Shown: positions 16,674 to 27,729, counted from the first letter of the stretch. The stretch is 64,000 nucleotides of DNA from Candidatus Bathyarchaeia archaeon (GCA_049516875.1 JBEKSS010000005.1:32001-96000); one strand, 5' to 3'. A program made the numbers and translations. Notes: generated by a model from the sequence alone, not told the origin.

Positions 16674-17012
16674 CTAGGGAAGGAACGCTAACTTTTCCCA
16701 AGACCAAGTCGGATTTTTGAAGCCGCGCTTAACGTATGATTCAATTATTTCATCATCAGACATTTTCAAGATGGTATCTGCTGCCTCTAGCGTTTTTTTC
16801 GCGTACTCAAAGACAGGGTCAACGCCCGAAAACGCATAGCGTTTGTCGAGTTCGGCCTTAGTTATAAGGGTGCGGCGAGGCATATGTTTGCTTCGTTGAT
16901 GCCTCAAGATTTTGGCTATTTCTTCTTTGGATTTTGACCTCTTCATTTTCTCTATTGCGTTCAATCTCTTCATTTTTTCTTCATTCTCGCTGTTACGGTA
17001 CATTTTTTTCAT
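16674..17012 (-). CDS. Basic hypothetical protein
   Basis: Lys-rich ORF; GGAG SD before MMKK; TTTAAA upstream. Confidence 0.6.
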   Translation of the reverse strand: MKKMYRNSENEEKMKRLNAIEKMKRSKSKEEIAKILRHQRSKHMPRRTLITKAELDKRYAFSGVDPVFEYAKKTLEAADTILKMSDDEIIESYVKRGFKNPTWSWEKLAFLP

Positions 17013-17167
17013 CATCTCCTTTTCACATTCCAAAAACCTCGGATATTTAAATGTAGAGCAGCCACGGCCTGCCGTGGATCCTGTTTCAGCGAGGGACGCT
17101 GCCAGCTGTTGGCTAGAGCCTGGCTGCCTGCTGCAGCAACATTCCTCATAATCAAGTTATTAACAAA

Positions 17168-17398
17168 GATAGAGAGCGTAAGGCGGGTCAGTTCCTCGCA
17201 GACATGAAAGAACAGGACCAACTCAGCAAGGGCGGTGGAGACCAAAAATCAAAGTTACACGATGTTACTTTGAAAACTATAGGGATTGAAAAGATTGAGT
17301 CTCAGCGGTGGCAGCGCATCGCTGGAATACCTGAGGAACGATTCGAAGAATACCTGCTGAATGCTAAAAAGAGTCAACGGCTAGAAGTACGGGGTTGA
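17168..17398 (+). pseudogene. Fragment of a phage-type protein (domain often N-terminal to phage DNA methylases)
   Basis: DRERKAGQFLADM...TLKTIGIEKIESQRWQRIAGIPEERFEEYL, truncated at both ends. Confidence 0.5.
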
Positions 17399-17427
17399 AC
17401 ATTTAGAGGTCGCAAATCCGTGCATTA

Positions 17428-18375
17428 TTACGCTCCTAGCAAGAGGAACGCTATATAAAGAACAAGGCATATAGCGGAGAATAGAACGTACCACTGATTT
17501 CTCTTCCACCATCTTGAGATTTCTGCATTATGTGCGTCGATCCAAGGTGAAAGTCTTTTGAACAGTCCGTACATGGAGCCGATAGTGAAAAGAACGGAAA
17601 GCAGCTGTGAAAGCCAAAGCCAGTTGGCTGCAGAGTTGACCGCTGGCGCCGTCTCCGGAGTGACGTTGAAAAACGCAGTCGTGTAGGTGATGGCGTTTTG
17701 AGACGACAGTGTACCGCCCGTGGAGGTTTGATACGTTTCATCAAGGAGAAAAACCCAGAGTTCCCATTGCCCGATCTGACTGGGATCCGTGGCTGTCTGC
17801 TTCTCAAGCCACACCTCGCTGTTTCCCTCATGGTTGCTGGCGTTCCAGTAGTCTCCTTGTCCGCTTATCATTGTCTGCCGCGAAATTTCAAGGTAGCTTC
17901 CATAAGTCCCCAGTTGCAGATAAGTGCCTTGAGCATTAAGTGGCCATGGCGATAGCTTGTAGCCCTGTGCGACATAGACGTCTTGTGGAAACACGGACGC
18001 AACAGCCCCTGTGGTGTTCACAAGGAAGGCGTAGAAGTATGGCTTGCTGAGCGGGGTTCCGGTGTTGTTGATTTCCACGTGAATCTTGACTGTCCCTCCT
18101 ATTGGGACGTCCGTGTTTTCGAATGAAATGTAGATTCTGGCCGAGTAGCCCGACACGCCCGACGACGCTGCAACGTCGCCTTGCAAAACACTACTCGTAA
18201 GGTAAGGGTATTGAGTCGGCACGAACTGTAGCTCTAATTTTCCAGGCTCAAAACGTGAAGCAGCCCAGGACGCAATGCCAGGGGAAAATAGAACGAGGAT
18301 AATTATCAAAACGATGATTCCGGACACCACGTTTCCAAGAGTCCATCTCGATTTCTTTTTCGATTCCTCAGCCAT
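17428..18375 (-). CDS. Membrane protein with extracellular beta domain
   Basis: N-terminal TM, Ig-like middle, two C-terminal TMs; start MAEESKKK. Confidence 0.75.
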   Translation of the reverse strand: MAEESKKKSRWTLGNVVSGIIVLIIILVLFSPGIASWAASRFEPGKLELQFVPTQYPYLTSSVLQGDVAASSGVSGYSARIYISFENTDVPIGGTVKIHVEINNTGTPLSKPYFYAFLVNTTGAVASVFPQDVYVAQGYKLSPWPLNAQGTYLQLGTYGSYLEISRQTMISGQGDYWNASNHEGNSEVWLEKQTATDPSQIGQWELWVFLLDETYQTSTGGTLSSQNAITYTTAFFNVTPETAPAVNSAANWLWLSQLLSVLFTIGSMYGLFKRLSPWIDAHNAEISRWWKRNQWYVLFSAICLVLYIAFLLLGA

Positions 18376-19229
18376 TTTTCTGCCTTCGACCATTGGTCGA
18401 CTGCCTATTAGTTGAATCGGCTGATATCGTTTGCGGTAGCTCCGCACTCAAAACTAATCCTTTAGCGGGCTCAGCACTCAAGTCATGCAACCATGAATCT
18501 TAAATAAATCGTTAGCTTTCTTATGAACCTGAAATATGGATTCAGAATTCAGGTGCGATGTACCCACGTGGTCGACTTGAACCACAAACACGCGACCGTG
18601 CATGATGGCGAACCTTTTTATTTGCGGTCTTGTTATTTGAACTTTGCCGGATGATGAAAAGGCATTAAATTGACATCAGGATGAAATCTCAGAGTTACTC
18701 GGACGGCACTTGACGAGCAACTTGAATATCGTGCTGATTTCTCTAAGTGTCCTCCAGCGTGCTTGTAGAAACCATGATGCTACATGCAAAACTGCCATGA
18801 TACACGCTCGAAAAACGATTTCCGCCAACCAAGGGATCACGTACTATGTCTTTCCAGAAGAATGATGGGTACCTTCACCTATTCATACCGAAGCAAGTAT
18901 AGTGGTTCGCTTGCCCCTCTTTTTCCTTCTTCTCTGGAAACGCTGGAGGAGTCGGTTCTTCTAGGTTCTAACGTGGCACTTTTTTTCTTTTCGTTCACCG
19001 AGTTCTTTTTTTGAATATTCAATTTTCACACTCGTTCCTATGTTATCTTGACGTTACAAGTAGTTGATTTTGCAGTGACTACCAATATCTAGTTTCAGAA
19101 GCCAAAATCTGTATCATGAAAATTAACCCTGAATCAATAGACACTGTTCAGACAATATGCCGATTCACGACTTTCGCAGCTTGAGAGAAATGAAGTGAAC
19201 CTTCAAAATCATAGTCTGACGTTGACGGA

Positions 19230-20009
19230 TCAAGGCCTTATCGCTTTGCGAGCGAAGGTGATGTAGCCAGTGTGTCCAGTCATCAATGTGTGGGGCCGTG
19301 TTTTTCCCCTTTCAACTTGCATCCCGCGCATCAGGCACTCGATTGTCTCGATGCTCACGAAACCATTTTCTTTCAAGGCTTCAACTGTCTTCACAACCTG
19401 ATCTATTGTCGGACTAAAGGAAACTAGTGTTCCGCATGGCTTTAAAGCGGTGAACGCGTGCGGGACAACCATCCAAGGGATTGCCAAATCAAGTATTACT
19501 GAATCAACCTCCTCCTCGTCTATTCCGGTTGTAACGTCCTTGTTCTTCAATTCGACGTAGTCAATTATGCCAGCGCGTCTCAGATTCTTCTCAGCCGTTT
19601 TTTGAAATTCTTCTCTGATTTCGTAGCTGTAGACTCTGCCGTTAGGCTGGACGTAATGGGCTAACGCCGTGGTCAGAGCGCCTGTTCCAGTGCCAGACTC
19701 AACGACGCAGCTTCCTGGCCCTATTCCGCTGAACATTACAATGAGTGCTATGTCCTTCGGATAGGTTATCTGCGTTTGTCGGACAGATTTCATGATGTAA
19801 TCATGGAGCAACGGTTTCAGCGCTGTGAATTCGAAACCCAGACTGCTTTGAACCGTGGAACCGTATTCTTTTCCGACTAGGTCGTCGAATTTTATGAAGC
19901 CCTTGTGGGTATGGAAGCTTTTTCCGCTTTCAACTTTGATCAGGTAGGTCTTTCGTGCGCTCAGGCTGAGAAGTATGTGGTCGCCATCGAGTATTTTCTG
20001 TTCTGTCAA
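19230..20009 (-). CDS. trmI: tRNA (adenine-N1)-methyltransferase
   Basis: FHTHKG, QITYPKD, ESGTGTGALT, VILDL, HTGY. Confidence 0.95.
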   Translation of the reverse strand: MTEQKILDGDHILLSLSARKTYLIKVESGKSFHTHKGFIKFDDLVGKEYGSTVQSSLGFEFTALKPLLHDYIMKSVRQTQITYPKDIALIVMFSGIGPGSCVVESGTGTGALTTALAHYVQPNGRVYSYEIREEFQKTAEKNLRRAGIIDYVELKNKDVTTGIDEEEVDSVILDLAIPWMVVPHAFTALKPCGTLVSFSPTIDQVVKTVEALKENGFVSIETIECLMRGMQVERGKTRPHTLMTGHTGYITFARKAIRP

Positions 20010-20018
20010 CTGTTTTCA

Positions 20019-21497
20019 CTATGGTGTGTATTTGAAAGGATGTTTTGATCGGTCCTTGTTTTCCATAAGCTCGTCCATGCCAGGTCTGCCTTCCATGGCC
20101 TTGCGCACGGCGTGACGTACAGCCTTGTAGTTGTTTATGTACACACGTTGTCGGTCAACGGCTGCGGGATGGACGAAAACGTTTGCTATGATTATGAGTT
20201 CTTCAACAGCTTCCTTCGGAATCGTGCCATCTGCGACGCTGTCTATGACAGCTTTGGCCACCGCCGTTTGGGCTGGCCCATAAACCATGCTTGCCTCCCG
20301 CATGCCCCTGATCGTGACTGTTGGAACGATTAGGGTTACCGGCTTGACCGCCAAGTTCGGCTCCAGAATGGCCAGTAACGGCTCATGCCCCGGAGTTGGT
20401 GTTGCCTTGGCCTTTGTGAAGGCTTCCGCCACTGGGCCGTCTTTCGTTCCGATAAGGAGGTCAACGTGAGCCACCTCTGCATCCTGCCCAGCTAGTGCTT
20501 CCCCAACGCGCAGTTTGAAGTTCTTGACTGTTTCTGGAGTAATGTCCACGGTCACGAAACGCTCTTCCAGAGGTTTCTCAGTTAGCTCAAAGCTTATTGG
20601 TTTTGGTTGTACTTTCCCTATTTTTTCCAGGTCGAGCCTCAGTTCCTCTTTTGACTCGTAGGTTAATTCTCCACCGACGCTTAATGGTTTCCTCACTGGG
20701 CCGACCTTGATTTTCATCATCTTCAGCGCCTCTTTTGTGCCTACGGCGCCGCTTCCCGCTATTATTCTAGCTATTTTCTGGACTTTGTATTGAAGTTCGC
20801 GGGCCTGTTGCAGCTCACCCTTCTTCACATGGTTATAGATTTGAATCCAAATGTCGGGTATGACGTTGGCACTAGCAAGGATTGCCCCTGAGCATCCGGC
20901 TGAGAGTCCTGCCACGACAACCTCGTCGTGCCCGCAAAGAACGTTTATCTTGTCCCTGACTTTTTCCAGAACGGCCAAGATGAAGCTTAGCTGTCCGCTG
21001 CTGTCCTTCAATGCGACGATGTTTGGGATTTGCGCTAGATCTTCCACCATCTGCCAGGGAAGAGGCAAGCCTGTGCACTGCGGAATGTTGTAGAGAATTA
21101 TGGGCAGGTCGACTTCATTCGCAATCGTGTAGTAGTGCTCGTATATTCCCCGATCTGCTGGTTTTAGGTAGAACGGTGTGACGATGAGGGCAGCGGTGGC
21201 GCCAACGTCCTTTGCGTACTTCGTCATTTCCACCGCTTGGTCTGTGCCGCTTGCTCCTGTCCCAGCAATCACTGGAACCCGGCCGTTCACTTCGTCAACC
21301 ACGATCTTGATTACGCCCTTTTTCTCCTCGTTCGTGAGGTTTACAAACTCGCCGGTCGTACCGCACGGGACGACTCCGTGAACGCCCAGTTCGATGCAAT
21401 GGTTAACTAAACTCCGCAGCCTTTCTTCGTCAATTGTTTTCCCGTCGTCGGTAAAGGGCGTCACCAGCGCGGGCATAATGCCTTCCGGCTTGTACAT
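20019..21497 (-). CDS. DapA/NAL-family aldolase fused to formaldehyde-activating enzyme (Fae)
   Basis: GTTGE, YNIP, LKDSS; C-terminal VGEAL...VAHVDLLIG...GPAQ...HPF Fae domain. Confidence 0.9.
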   Translation of the reverse strand: MYKPEGIMPALVTPFTDDGKTIDEERLRSLVNHCIELGVHGVVPCGTTGEFVNLTNEEKKGVIKIVVDEVNGRVPVIAGTGASGTDQAVEMTKYAKDVGATAALIVTPFYLKPADRGIYEHYYTIANEVDLPIILYNIPQCTGLPLPWQMVEDLAQIPNIVALKDSSGQLSFILAVLEKVRDKINVLCGHDEVVVAGLSAGCSGAILASANVIPDIWIQIYNHVKKGELQQARELQYKVQKIARIIAGSGAVGTKEALKMMKIKVGPVRKPLSVGGELTYESKEELRLDLEKIGKVQPKPISFELTEKPLEERFVTVDITPETVKNFKLRVGEALAGQDAEVAHVDLLIGTKDGPVAEAFTKAKATPTPGHEPLLAILEPNLAVKPVTLIVPTVTIRGMREASMVYGPAQTAVAKAVIDSVADGTIPKEAVEELIIIANVFVHPAAVDRQRVYINNYKAVRHAVRKAMEGRPGMDELMENKDRSKHPFKYTP

Positions 21498-21719
21498 GGA
21501 TAATCTCCACCTTTTTATTCCAACAACGCTTCTTATATCATTTGAGTCTTATAGTGCCAAAACCAATACGCCAGTGTAGGTCTCGTCGTTAACGACTATC
21601 ACCTCTGTGCGTTGATGAAATTGTCTTTCATTTTGCGCACGCGAAGCGAAATTTCATTGAGTGCGCAAACAGTCTGAAACGCTTAAATTGATTGAGGTCC
21701 AGAAGTTAGCAGGCGGAAG

Positions 21720-23012
21720 GTGGTGGCTTTGGCTGATCTTAGGGAGAGATTGAGGATCGACGAAGGAAATTTGAGAGAGATAAACGAGTTCCTGTTGCAG
21801 AAGAATAATCCCCTCGTGAACGCTGTCCTACAGATTGTTGAAAAGTATGGTGGTGTCGATGAGATTAACCGCAAAGCCAAGGAAGCTCGCAGAATTGAAA
21901 GCCTCATGGGCAGGCTTGAGAGGAAGAGATCTCCGTTTGTGAAAGATCTTGAATGGCTAGTAAAGATGCGAGATGAAGAGGCTTTCATAAGCATCCCCGA
22001 ATACCGAAAGAAAATCCTAGGAAAGAAAGCCGAATCAATAAAGTTTAACGAGGCTTTTGCTGTCACTTTGGAAATTAGTGCCTTCAACTTCTTTCCGTGG
22101 ATTGTTGAAGAAGCAAAGAGAGCTATTGCACAGAGGAGCCTGATGCCTGCCCGTTATATACGGGTTCGTTCGATGGAGGAGCAAGTTGAGGACGACGACA
22201 TTGTAGCTTTTGCGGCTGCGATGCAAGTTGTGGGAGCCTCTTACGTCCAAACCCTGGATACTAAAGGCACAATGCCCGGACCTGATGGCAAATCCATCAA
22301 TGTTCATCTTGGCGGCGCGGACACGATTGCAGGGTATTATGGAGGGATCGGTATTCCGAATGATTACACTCTAAAATGGGTTGACGAATTTCTCCATTAT
22401 TATACGGAGTACGGACTTCCGCAGGTTTTGAACACGAATTCGGGGACGGTTTTGCTGGGATATTGGCTGCGAAAACTTGGAATCGACATTGAATTTAAGA
22501 TTTCCGTGTTCCTAGGAACTGACAATCCCTACTCGATCCTGTGGACGCTGTTAACTACAAAGCTTTTCAGCAGGGATGATGGTTCCACTCCGCTTATCGG
22601 GTTTAATCTTTCAAACTCCGTCAGCAACGAGACGATTGAACTTTCTGCCTACGTGAGAAGGGCGTTCGGTTTTGAAGATATCGTTCGAATTGAACATCAC
22701 GTCACTGAAGCCTATAAGAGCATTGTGAGACAACCATACAATCGCACAGACGAACTTGTGCAACTTGCAAATCACGTAAAAAACATCAGCGCGAAACATG
22801 AAGGCGGAATACCTGAAACTGAAGAAAAAAGAGAACATCCGTCAGACATTCTGGAATACTTTCTGTCGAAGAAAGACATCGTTGAAAAGGGACTGATGCC
22901 GAAACTTCTGACCAACTATCTCGACAAACACGATGCGCTCAACATCACGGCGGAAGCTCTGACCCGACATGGGTTAACCTTCATGGCAGCACAGAAACTA
23001 CACAGACAGTAA
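21720..23012 (+). CDS. Conserved hypothetical protein
   Basis: 430-aa ORF with enzyme-like motifs (DTKG, RIEHH, SAKHEGG). Confidence 0.85.
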   Translation: MVALADLRERLRIDEGNLREINEFLLQKNNPLVNAVLQIVEKYGGVDEINRKAKEARRIESLMGRLERKRSPFVKDLEWLVKMRDEEAFISIPEYRKKILGKKAESIKFNEAFAVTLEISAFNFFPWIVEEAKRAIAQRSLMPARYIRVRSMEEQVEDDDIVAFAAAMQVVGASYVQTLDTKGTMPGPDGKSINVHLGGADTIAGYYGGIGIPNDYTLKWVDEFLHYYTEYGLPQVLNTNSGTVLLGYWLRKLGIDIEFKISVFLGTDNPYSILWTLLTTKLFSRDDGSTPLIGFNLSNSVSNETIELSAYVRRAFGFEDIVRIEHHVTEAYKSIVRQPYNRTDELVQLANHVKNISAKHEGGIPETEEKREHPSDILEYFLSKKDIVEKGLMPKLLTNYLDKHDALNITAEALTRHGLTFMAAQKLHRQ

Positions 23013-23101
23013 CAAACTTGCACGTTCCGAGAGTCGACCTAACCCAAGCTGAGGGTGTTTCCCGTTATGATGCAGGCGTCTGCTGTGGGTGACCTTTCTT
23101 T

Positions 23102-23923
23102 TCACCAACTTTCTTTGGGTCGACGCATGACCATGAAGACTGTCGTGGCCACGAAGAAGACGGTTGTCACGGCAAGGATGACTGCCACCCGTCTGGTGTT
23201 GTCCAGATCATCATTCATACTGCCTTGCAGCGCGGTGTAATTGCCCCACAGAGTAGTGTAATTCTGCTGAAGCTGCACGAAAGTCTGGTTAAGCTGCAGG
23301 TACTCACCTGCAAGGCTGGTGTAGTTATCGTTTAACTTGGCGTAATCATCGTTTAGCTTCGTGTAATCATCGTTTAGCTTCGTGTAGTTATCATTCACCG
23401 TCTTGAGTTGATTTTCAAGGTCTTTGAGGAGCGTGTTCTCAACATGAGTCATGTAGAAACCGCTGACAGCATCTGGGAACCTTAGCTCTAAGCCTCCCAG
23501 ACTGGCGGAATATGTCAGTTTGATCTGTCCAAAGGTCACACCCCACACGCCGCCTGGAATAAAGAACGTTCCGTTGTACTCCCTGTCCGCACCACTCAAG
23601 GAGAAGTTGTAGTCAGTCACGCTTCCGATTGAAACCTCGTCCGTTCCGTTCAGGAAACCATAAACCTCGAATCTCAACAGTTCCACGTAGACGCTCGTTT
23701 GCGGCGCGAGACGTAGCCACACCGTTAGATATTCAGCAGGCAGAGCTTCCGCGGTTGCATTGACCTGGATCTTTATTCCGGGCATTTCTGAGTCGAAAAA
23801 AGTCTTGACGTTCTCCCCTCCAACCTGCCCCCTTACCTTACACATCATTGCCAATGTCAAGATGCATACGATAAGAATGAAACTTGGCTTTACTAGTCTA
23901 CTCACCTTTTGCCCTCCGAACAT
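23102..23923 (-). CDS. Membrane-anchored coiled-coil protein
   Basis: Signal peptide, YTKLNDD heptads, C-terminal TM plus RRPK. Confidence 0.85.
   Translation of the reverse strand: MFGGQKVSRLVKPSFILIVCILTLAMMCKVRGQVGGENVKTFFDSEMPGIKIQVNATAEALPAEYLTVWLRLAPQTSVYVELLRFEVYGFLNGTDEVSIGSVTDYNFSLSGADREYNGTFFIPGGVWGVTFGQIKLTYSASLGGLELRFPDAVSGFYMTHVENTLLKDLENQLKTVNDNYTKLNDDYTKLNDDYAKLNDNYTSLAGEYLQLNQTFVQLQQNYTTLWGNYTALQGSMNDDLDNTRRVAVILAVTTVFFVATTVFMVMRRPKESW
23321..23399. repeat. 21-bp intragenic tandem repeat (~3.7 copies)
   Basis: gtaatcatcgtttagcttcgt x2 exact plus flanking variants; encodes heptads. Confidence 0.85.
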
Positions 23924-24021
23924 AGCTTACTGGCGCTGTTTTGATCAGAAGTTATTTAACGTTTTCTATCTGCTTTTGAATCTCGGATCCAAAGGGCAGA
24001 AAACGCGCGTTGAGTTTTTCT

Positions 24022-24276
24022 TTATCTCATTGAACGAATGAAGCGTTGGTACATGTAAACGAAGTATATCGCAGAGAAAACAGTCAAGAGTATTTCAAAG
24101 GACAAAATGGCTGGGTTGTTTTCCACTGCCATGAAATACCCGTGTTGGAGTATGTCTGTGAACACCAAGAGCTGCAGGAATATGGCCCCCCCTAGGCAAC
24201 TTAAGCCCAACGTGTGAAAGAGTACCTGCATTCGATGGTTTGGTCGTGTAGCGTTCATCGTAATCGTGAATATCAA
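24022..24276 (-). CDS. Small two-TM membrane protein
   Basis: Two hydrophobic segments. Confidence 0.65.
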   Translation of the reverse strand: MIFTITMNATRPNHRMQVLFHTLGLSCLGGAIFLQLLVFTDILQHGYFMAVENNPAILSFEILLTVFSAIYFVYMYQRFIRSMR

Positions 24277-24756
24277 GAGTTGCTACGTTCACTTATACGT
24301 TGCGAATCCAAGCACAAAACAAGACCTAATGATTAAAGTTTAGGATTCCTGGTTCAAACCCTCAATCAAAAGCATAACGTGGAACCTTAATGACGGATTT
24401 CCAACTTTGAGCGAGAGACAAGTGCGTCCTTCGGTTAGAGATAGGGTTCGAGGCAGTTCTTCCGCTGGCGGATGTTTCAGGGTCCATCAGCATCTTCTCC
24501 AAATCCTCTGATACCCAACCGACAACAATGGGCTTTTCAAGATTCCTCCGGCTTCTGATCTGTGTGCTCTGACATACCCTACCCTCGGTCTACTATATGA
24601 TACAAATATGATTCAAGAAAAGAATCGGACGTGACGATGAGTCTTCTTTCGGCGCGCGTACGTGGCTGCGCCTGCTAGGGTAGCCTGTCCAGGAAGCCAA
24701 AGCCTCCAGAATGCTGCCTAGTTTGTGCGGGTCCTTGCAAAGCGTGCGTTCGTTTC

Positions 24757-26574
24757 TTAGTCATCAATTTCTCCCCCGGCAAGTCCAGATTGGCCTCGCT
24801 GATCTGTGAGAACAAGTGCTGTGTGTGGCTCAAGAGATAAGTGAATGTTGCATGCTTTGACTCGGTAATCTTTTGCAGTTAATAAATCGGTGAAAATGGG
24901 CTCTCGGTCTGGATTGATTCTTTTGCTTTCAATGGTAATGTTTTGTTTTCGCGATGAGTTGTTCATCGCAACCAATACTCTGTCTTCTTCATGCTTTCTA
25001 AGGTATGCATAAGTGTTCGTTTTCGAGTCCAAATGCAACGTAGCGAAGTCTCCGCCTGTCAGGGCCCTGTGATCTTTCCTTACATTAACCAGTTTTCTGC
25101 AAAACTCGAAAAGTCTTAGGTCTTGACTTGTCTCATCCCATATCATCCCTCGTCTGTTATCTTCCCATTCTTTGCTTCCCTTGAGGCCTATTTCATCGCC
25201 ATAATATATCGCCGGCATGCCAACATACGTCATTTGGAAAATGATGGCGAGCTTCATCCTTTCCACGTGCCCGTCGCAAAGCGACAGGAATCTCACAGTA
25301 TCGTGGCTTCCCAGTAGATTGTAGAGAACATCGTTCACCTGTTGATAGTATTGCATGCGCAGTTTGGCCAACCGAGCGTCAAATTCCTCAACCTTAATAC
25401 TTCCTTTTGCGAAGAAATCGGCAATGATTTCTCTCAGCGGATAGTTCATTACAGAATCAAGTTGGTCTCCTTCCAACCATGCTGAAGCGTTCTGAGAGAT
25501 TTCACCCATAATCAAGGCGTCCGGCTTTGCAACCTTGACCTCTCTGCGGAATTCCCTCCAGAATTCGTGATCAATTTCACTCGCTGTGTCAAGTCTCCAG
25601 CCGTCTATATCTGCCTCTTTGATCCAATAGACTGCAACATCAATCAAGTACTTTTTTACCTCAGGATTCGAGGTCATGAATCGTGGCATGCGCCAAACGT
25701 TCTTGCCCCATGTCTCATAGGTGGGAACAGGGTGAGTTTCTATTGGAAAATTGTATACTTTGAACCATTTCTTATATCTTGACAACTGCCCCTTCTGGAC
25801 AACATCTTGGAAGGCCCAAAACTCAAACCCACAATGGTCAAAAACGCCGTCGAGGACGATTTTTAAGCCCATTTCATGGCATTTTCTGACTAGTTTACAA
25901 AAAGTCTCCATATTCCCGAAGTGTGGGTCAATTCTGTAATAGTCCGTTGTGTCATACTTGTGTGAGGATGGTGAACTGAATATTGGGGTGAGGTAAATTG
26001 CATTCACTCCTAGATTGTTCAAGTAGGGTAGGCTATCTATTATGCCCTTCAGGTCGCCTCCATAGAAAGTCTCGCTGGTAGCAGGTAGTTTTCCCCATTC
26101 AACGACGTTCGGCGGGTCACTTGATTTGTCTCCGTTACGAAAGCGTTCCGGGAATATCTGATAGAATATTGCTCGTTTCGCCCAACCTGGTGTCAATACG
26201 GTGTCGCCCTCACGTATGTAGGGCATCTGAAAAAAAGGGAACCCCATCTCCCTTGGTTCTGGCTGGTTTGTATGGAAGCCAGCCTCCGTGTACCAGAATT
26301 GTTCAGAACCATCGTCCAAGAGAAAGGCGTAGCGAAGCCTTTTAGAGATTGGCACTTTCATGATGACGTTGAAATAGTCGAACAGATCATCAGTTGCAAC
26401 CTTGTTCATGCAAAGCTTTTTTAGAGGTTGGGTCGGCTCCCATGGATCTCCATAGAAAAGTTGGCAAATCTTTAGGTAACTCTTTTTTGCTTTCAGGCTG
26501 ATGCTTAGTCTGTACGGGTCTAGCAGATAGGCGTATGCTCCTTCTGACTTGTGGCAAACGGCTTCCCTCGGCAT
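24757..26574 (-). CDS. GH13 cyclomaltodextrinase/neopullulanase (cytoplasmic)
   Basis: YQIFPERF, GGDLKG, DGWRLD, GE, SHD; N-terminal CBM34-like domain. Confidence 0.92.
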   Translation of the reverse strand: MPREAVCHKSEGAYAYLLDPYRLSISLKAKKSYLKICQLFYGDPWEPTQPLKKLCMNKVATDDLFDYFNVIMKVPISKRLRYAFLLDDGSEQFWYTEAGFHTNQPEPREMGFPFFQMPYIREGDTVLTPGWAKRAIFYQIFPERFRNGDKSSDPPNVVEWGKLPATSETFYGGDLKGIIDSLPYLNNLGVNAIYLTPIFSSPSSHKYDTTDYYRIDPHFGNMETFCKLVRKCHEMGLKIVLDGVFDHCGFEFWAFQDVVQKGQLSRYKKWFKVYNFPIETHPVPTYETWGKNVWRMPRFMTSNPEVKKYLIDVAVYWIKEADIDGWRLDTASEIDHEFWREFRREVKVAKPDALIMGEISQNASAWLEGDQLDSVMNYPLREIIADFFAKGSIKVEEFDARLAKLRMQYYQQVNDVLYNLLGSHDTVRFLSLCDGHVERMKLAIIFQMTYVGMPAIYYGDEIGLKGSKEWEDNRRGMIWDETSQDLRLFEFCRKLVNVRKDHRALTGGDFATLHLDSKTNTYAYLRKHEEDRVLVAMNNSSRKQNITIESKRINPDREPIFTDLLTAKDYRVKACNIHLSLEPHTALVLTDQRGQSGLAGGEIDD

Positions 26575-26625
26575 TCTGCTGGCCCCCACTGTGGAGTCTA
26601 TCAAACTGTGTTCGATGGTTGAGTC

Positions 26626-27729
26626 TTAGGTAAAGTTTTCTCCTGAGTTTCTGTCGAAAACGTGTGCATTGCTGCTGGTTAGGTTGACCCACACCGTTTC
26701 TTCCATCTGATAAAGTCTTCGATCGGACGCAACGATCACGATCCTGTTCTTGCCGACTTCCACATGAACCACGTTTTCTGCCCCCAGAAGTTCAACGCCA
26801 TAGACCTCGCCTTTTAACCATCCTTCCTGCTCGCCTTCCATGCTGATTCTACAGTCTTGGGGTCGTATCCCGTACGTTACGTCTGTCGGAAGCTCGGCAC
26901 CTTTATTGACGAGGGTTTTCAGAAGCTGCGAATCAACTCTTATGTTGAATTCTTCTGCGTTTATTATTCCCGAGTTCTTCGTTATCTCAAGTTTCCCGTC
27001 GACAAAATTCATGGGTGGGGTTCCGATAAAGCCCGCCACAAACTTGTTGCTTGGGTGTGAATAGACTTCTGTGGGCGGAGCGTACTGTTGAAGCTCACCC
27101 TTGAATTGAACCGCGACTCGATCAGCAAGCGTCATAGCTTCAAGCTGGTCGTGCGTCACGTAGACTGTGGTTACGCCTAGTCTCTTCTGGAGCTTTTTCA
27201 GTTCGATTCTCATCAGCACTCTGAGTTTGGCATCCAGATTGCTAAGAGGCTCATCCATGAGGAAGACTTTTGGGTTTCGCACGATGGCTCTTGCCAAGGC
27301 GACTCTCTGCCTCTGCCCTCCGCTGAGTTGTTTGGGTTTGCGACCCAAGAGTTCTTTGATTTCCAGTGACTCGGCGGTCTTCTCCACTCTGTTCCTTATT
27401 TCCTCTTTCGGCACCTTATGCATCTTAAGTGGAAAAGCAATGTTTTGGAAAACTGTCATATTAGGATAGAGTGCGTAGCTCTGAAACACCATAGCCACAT
27501 CTCTGGCCCAAGGTTCAAGTCTGGTAACATCCATACCCCCAATGTATACAGTGCCTTCAGTAGGCGTTTCCAAGCCAGCTATCAAACGGAGAGTCGTAGT
27601 CTTTCCGCATCCGCTTGGCCCGAGCAAAACGACAAACTCTTTGTCTTTGACCTCGAGTTGAAGGTCTGCGACTGCTACAACTCCGCCTTCGAATAGTTTT
27701 GTTACATGCTTAAGCAATACGTCAGCCAA
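26626..27729 (-). CDS. malK: Sugar ABC transporter ATPase
   Basis: GPSGCGKTT, LSGGQRQR, DEPLSNLD, TOBE domain. Confidence 0.92.
   Translation of the reverse strand: MADVLLKHVTKLFEGGVVAVADLQLEVKDKEFVVLLGPSGCGKTTTLRLIAGLETPTEGTVYIGGMDVTRLEPWARDVAMVFQSYALYPNMTVFQNIAFPLKMHKVPKEEIRNRVEKTAESLEIKELLGRKPKQLSGGQRQRVALARAIVRNPKVFLMDEPLSNLDAKLRVLMRIELKKLQKRLGVTTVYVTHDQLEAMTLADRVAVQFKGELQQYAPPTEVYSHPSNKFVAGFIGTPPMNFVDGKLEITKNSGIINAEEFNIRVDSQLLKTLVNKGAELPTDVTYGIRPQDCRISMEGEQEGWLKGEVYGVELLGAENVVHVEVGKNRIVIVASDRRLYQMEETVWVNLTSSNAHVFDRNSGENFT

Larger units (their letters stand above)
1..18480. mobile_element. Integrated provirus/plasmid-like element (left end outside window; right boundary approximate)
   Basis: Dense run of small hypothetical, Zn-finger, AbrB/RHH/HTH, ParB, helicase-like and MTase-like genes with no housekeeping genes until trmI at 19230. 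No integrase or matched att pair seen. Confidence 0.85.

Noticed and set aside
18565-18590. GACTTGAACC as a tRNA/att remnant marking the right end
   Set aside because: No T-stem or acceptor pairing, and no match to the 260-309 fragments.
23321-23399. 21-bp repeat as a mini-CRISPR
   Set aside because: No spacers; it is an in-frame coiled-coil heptad expansion.
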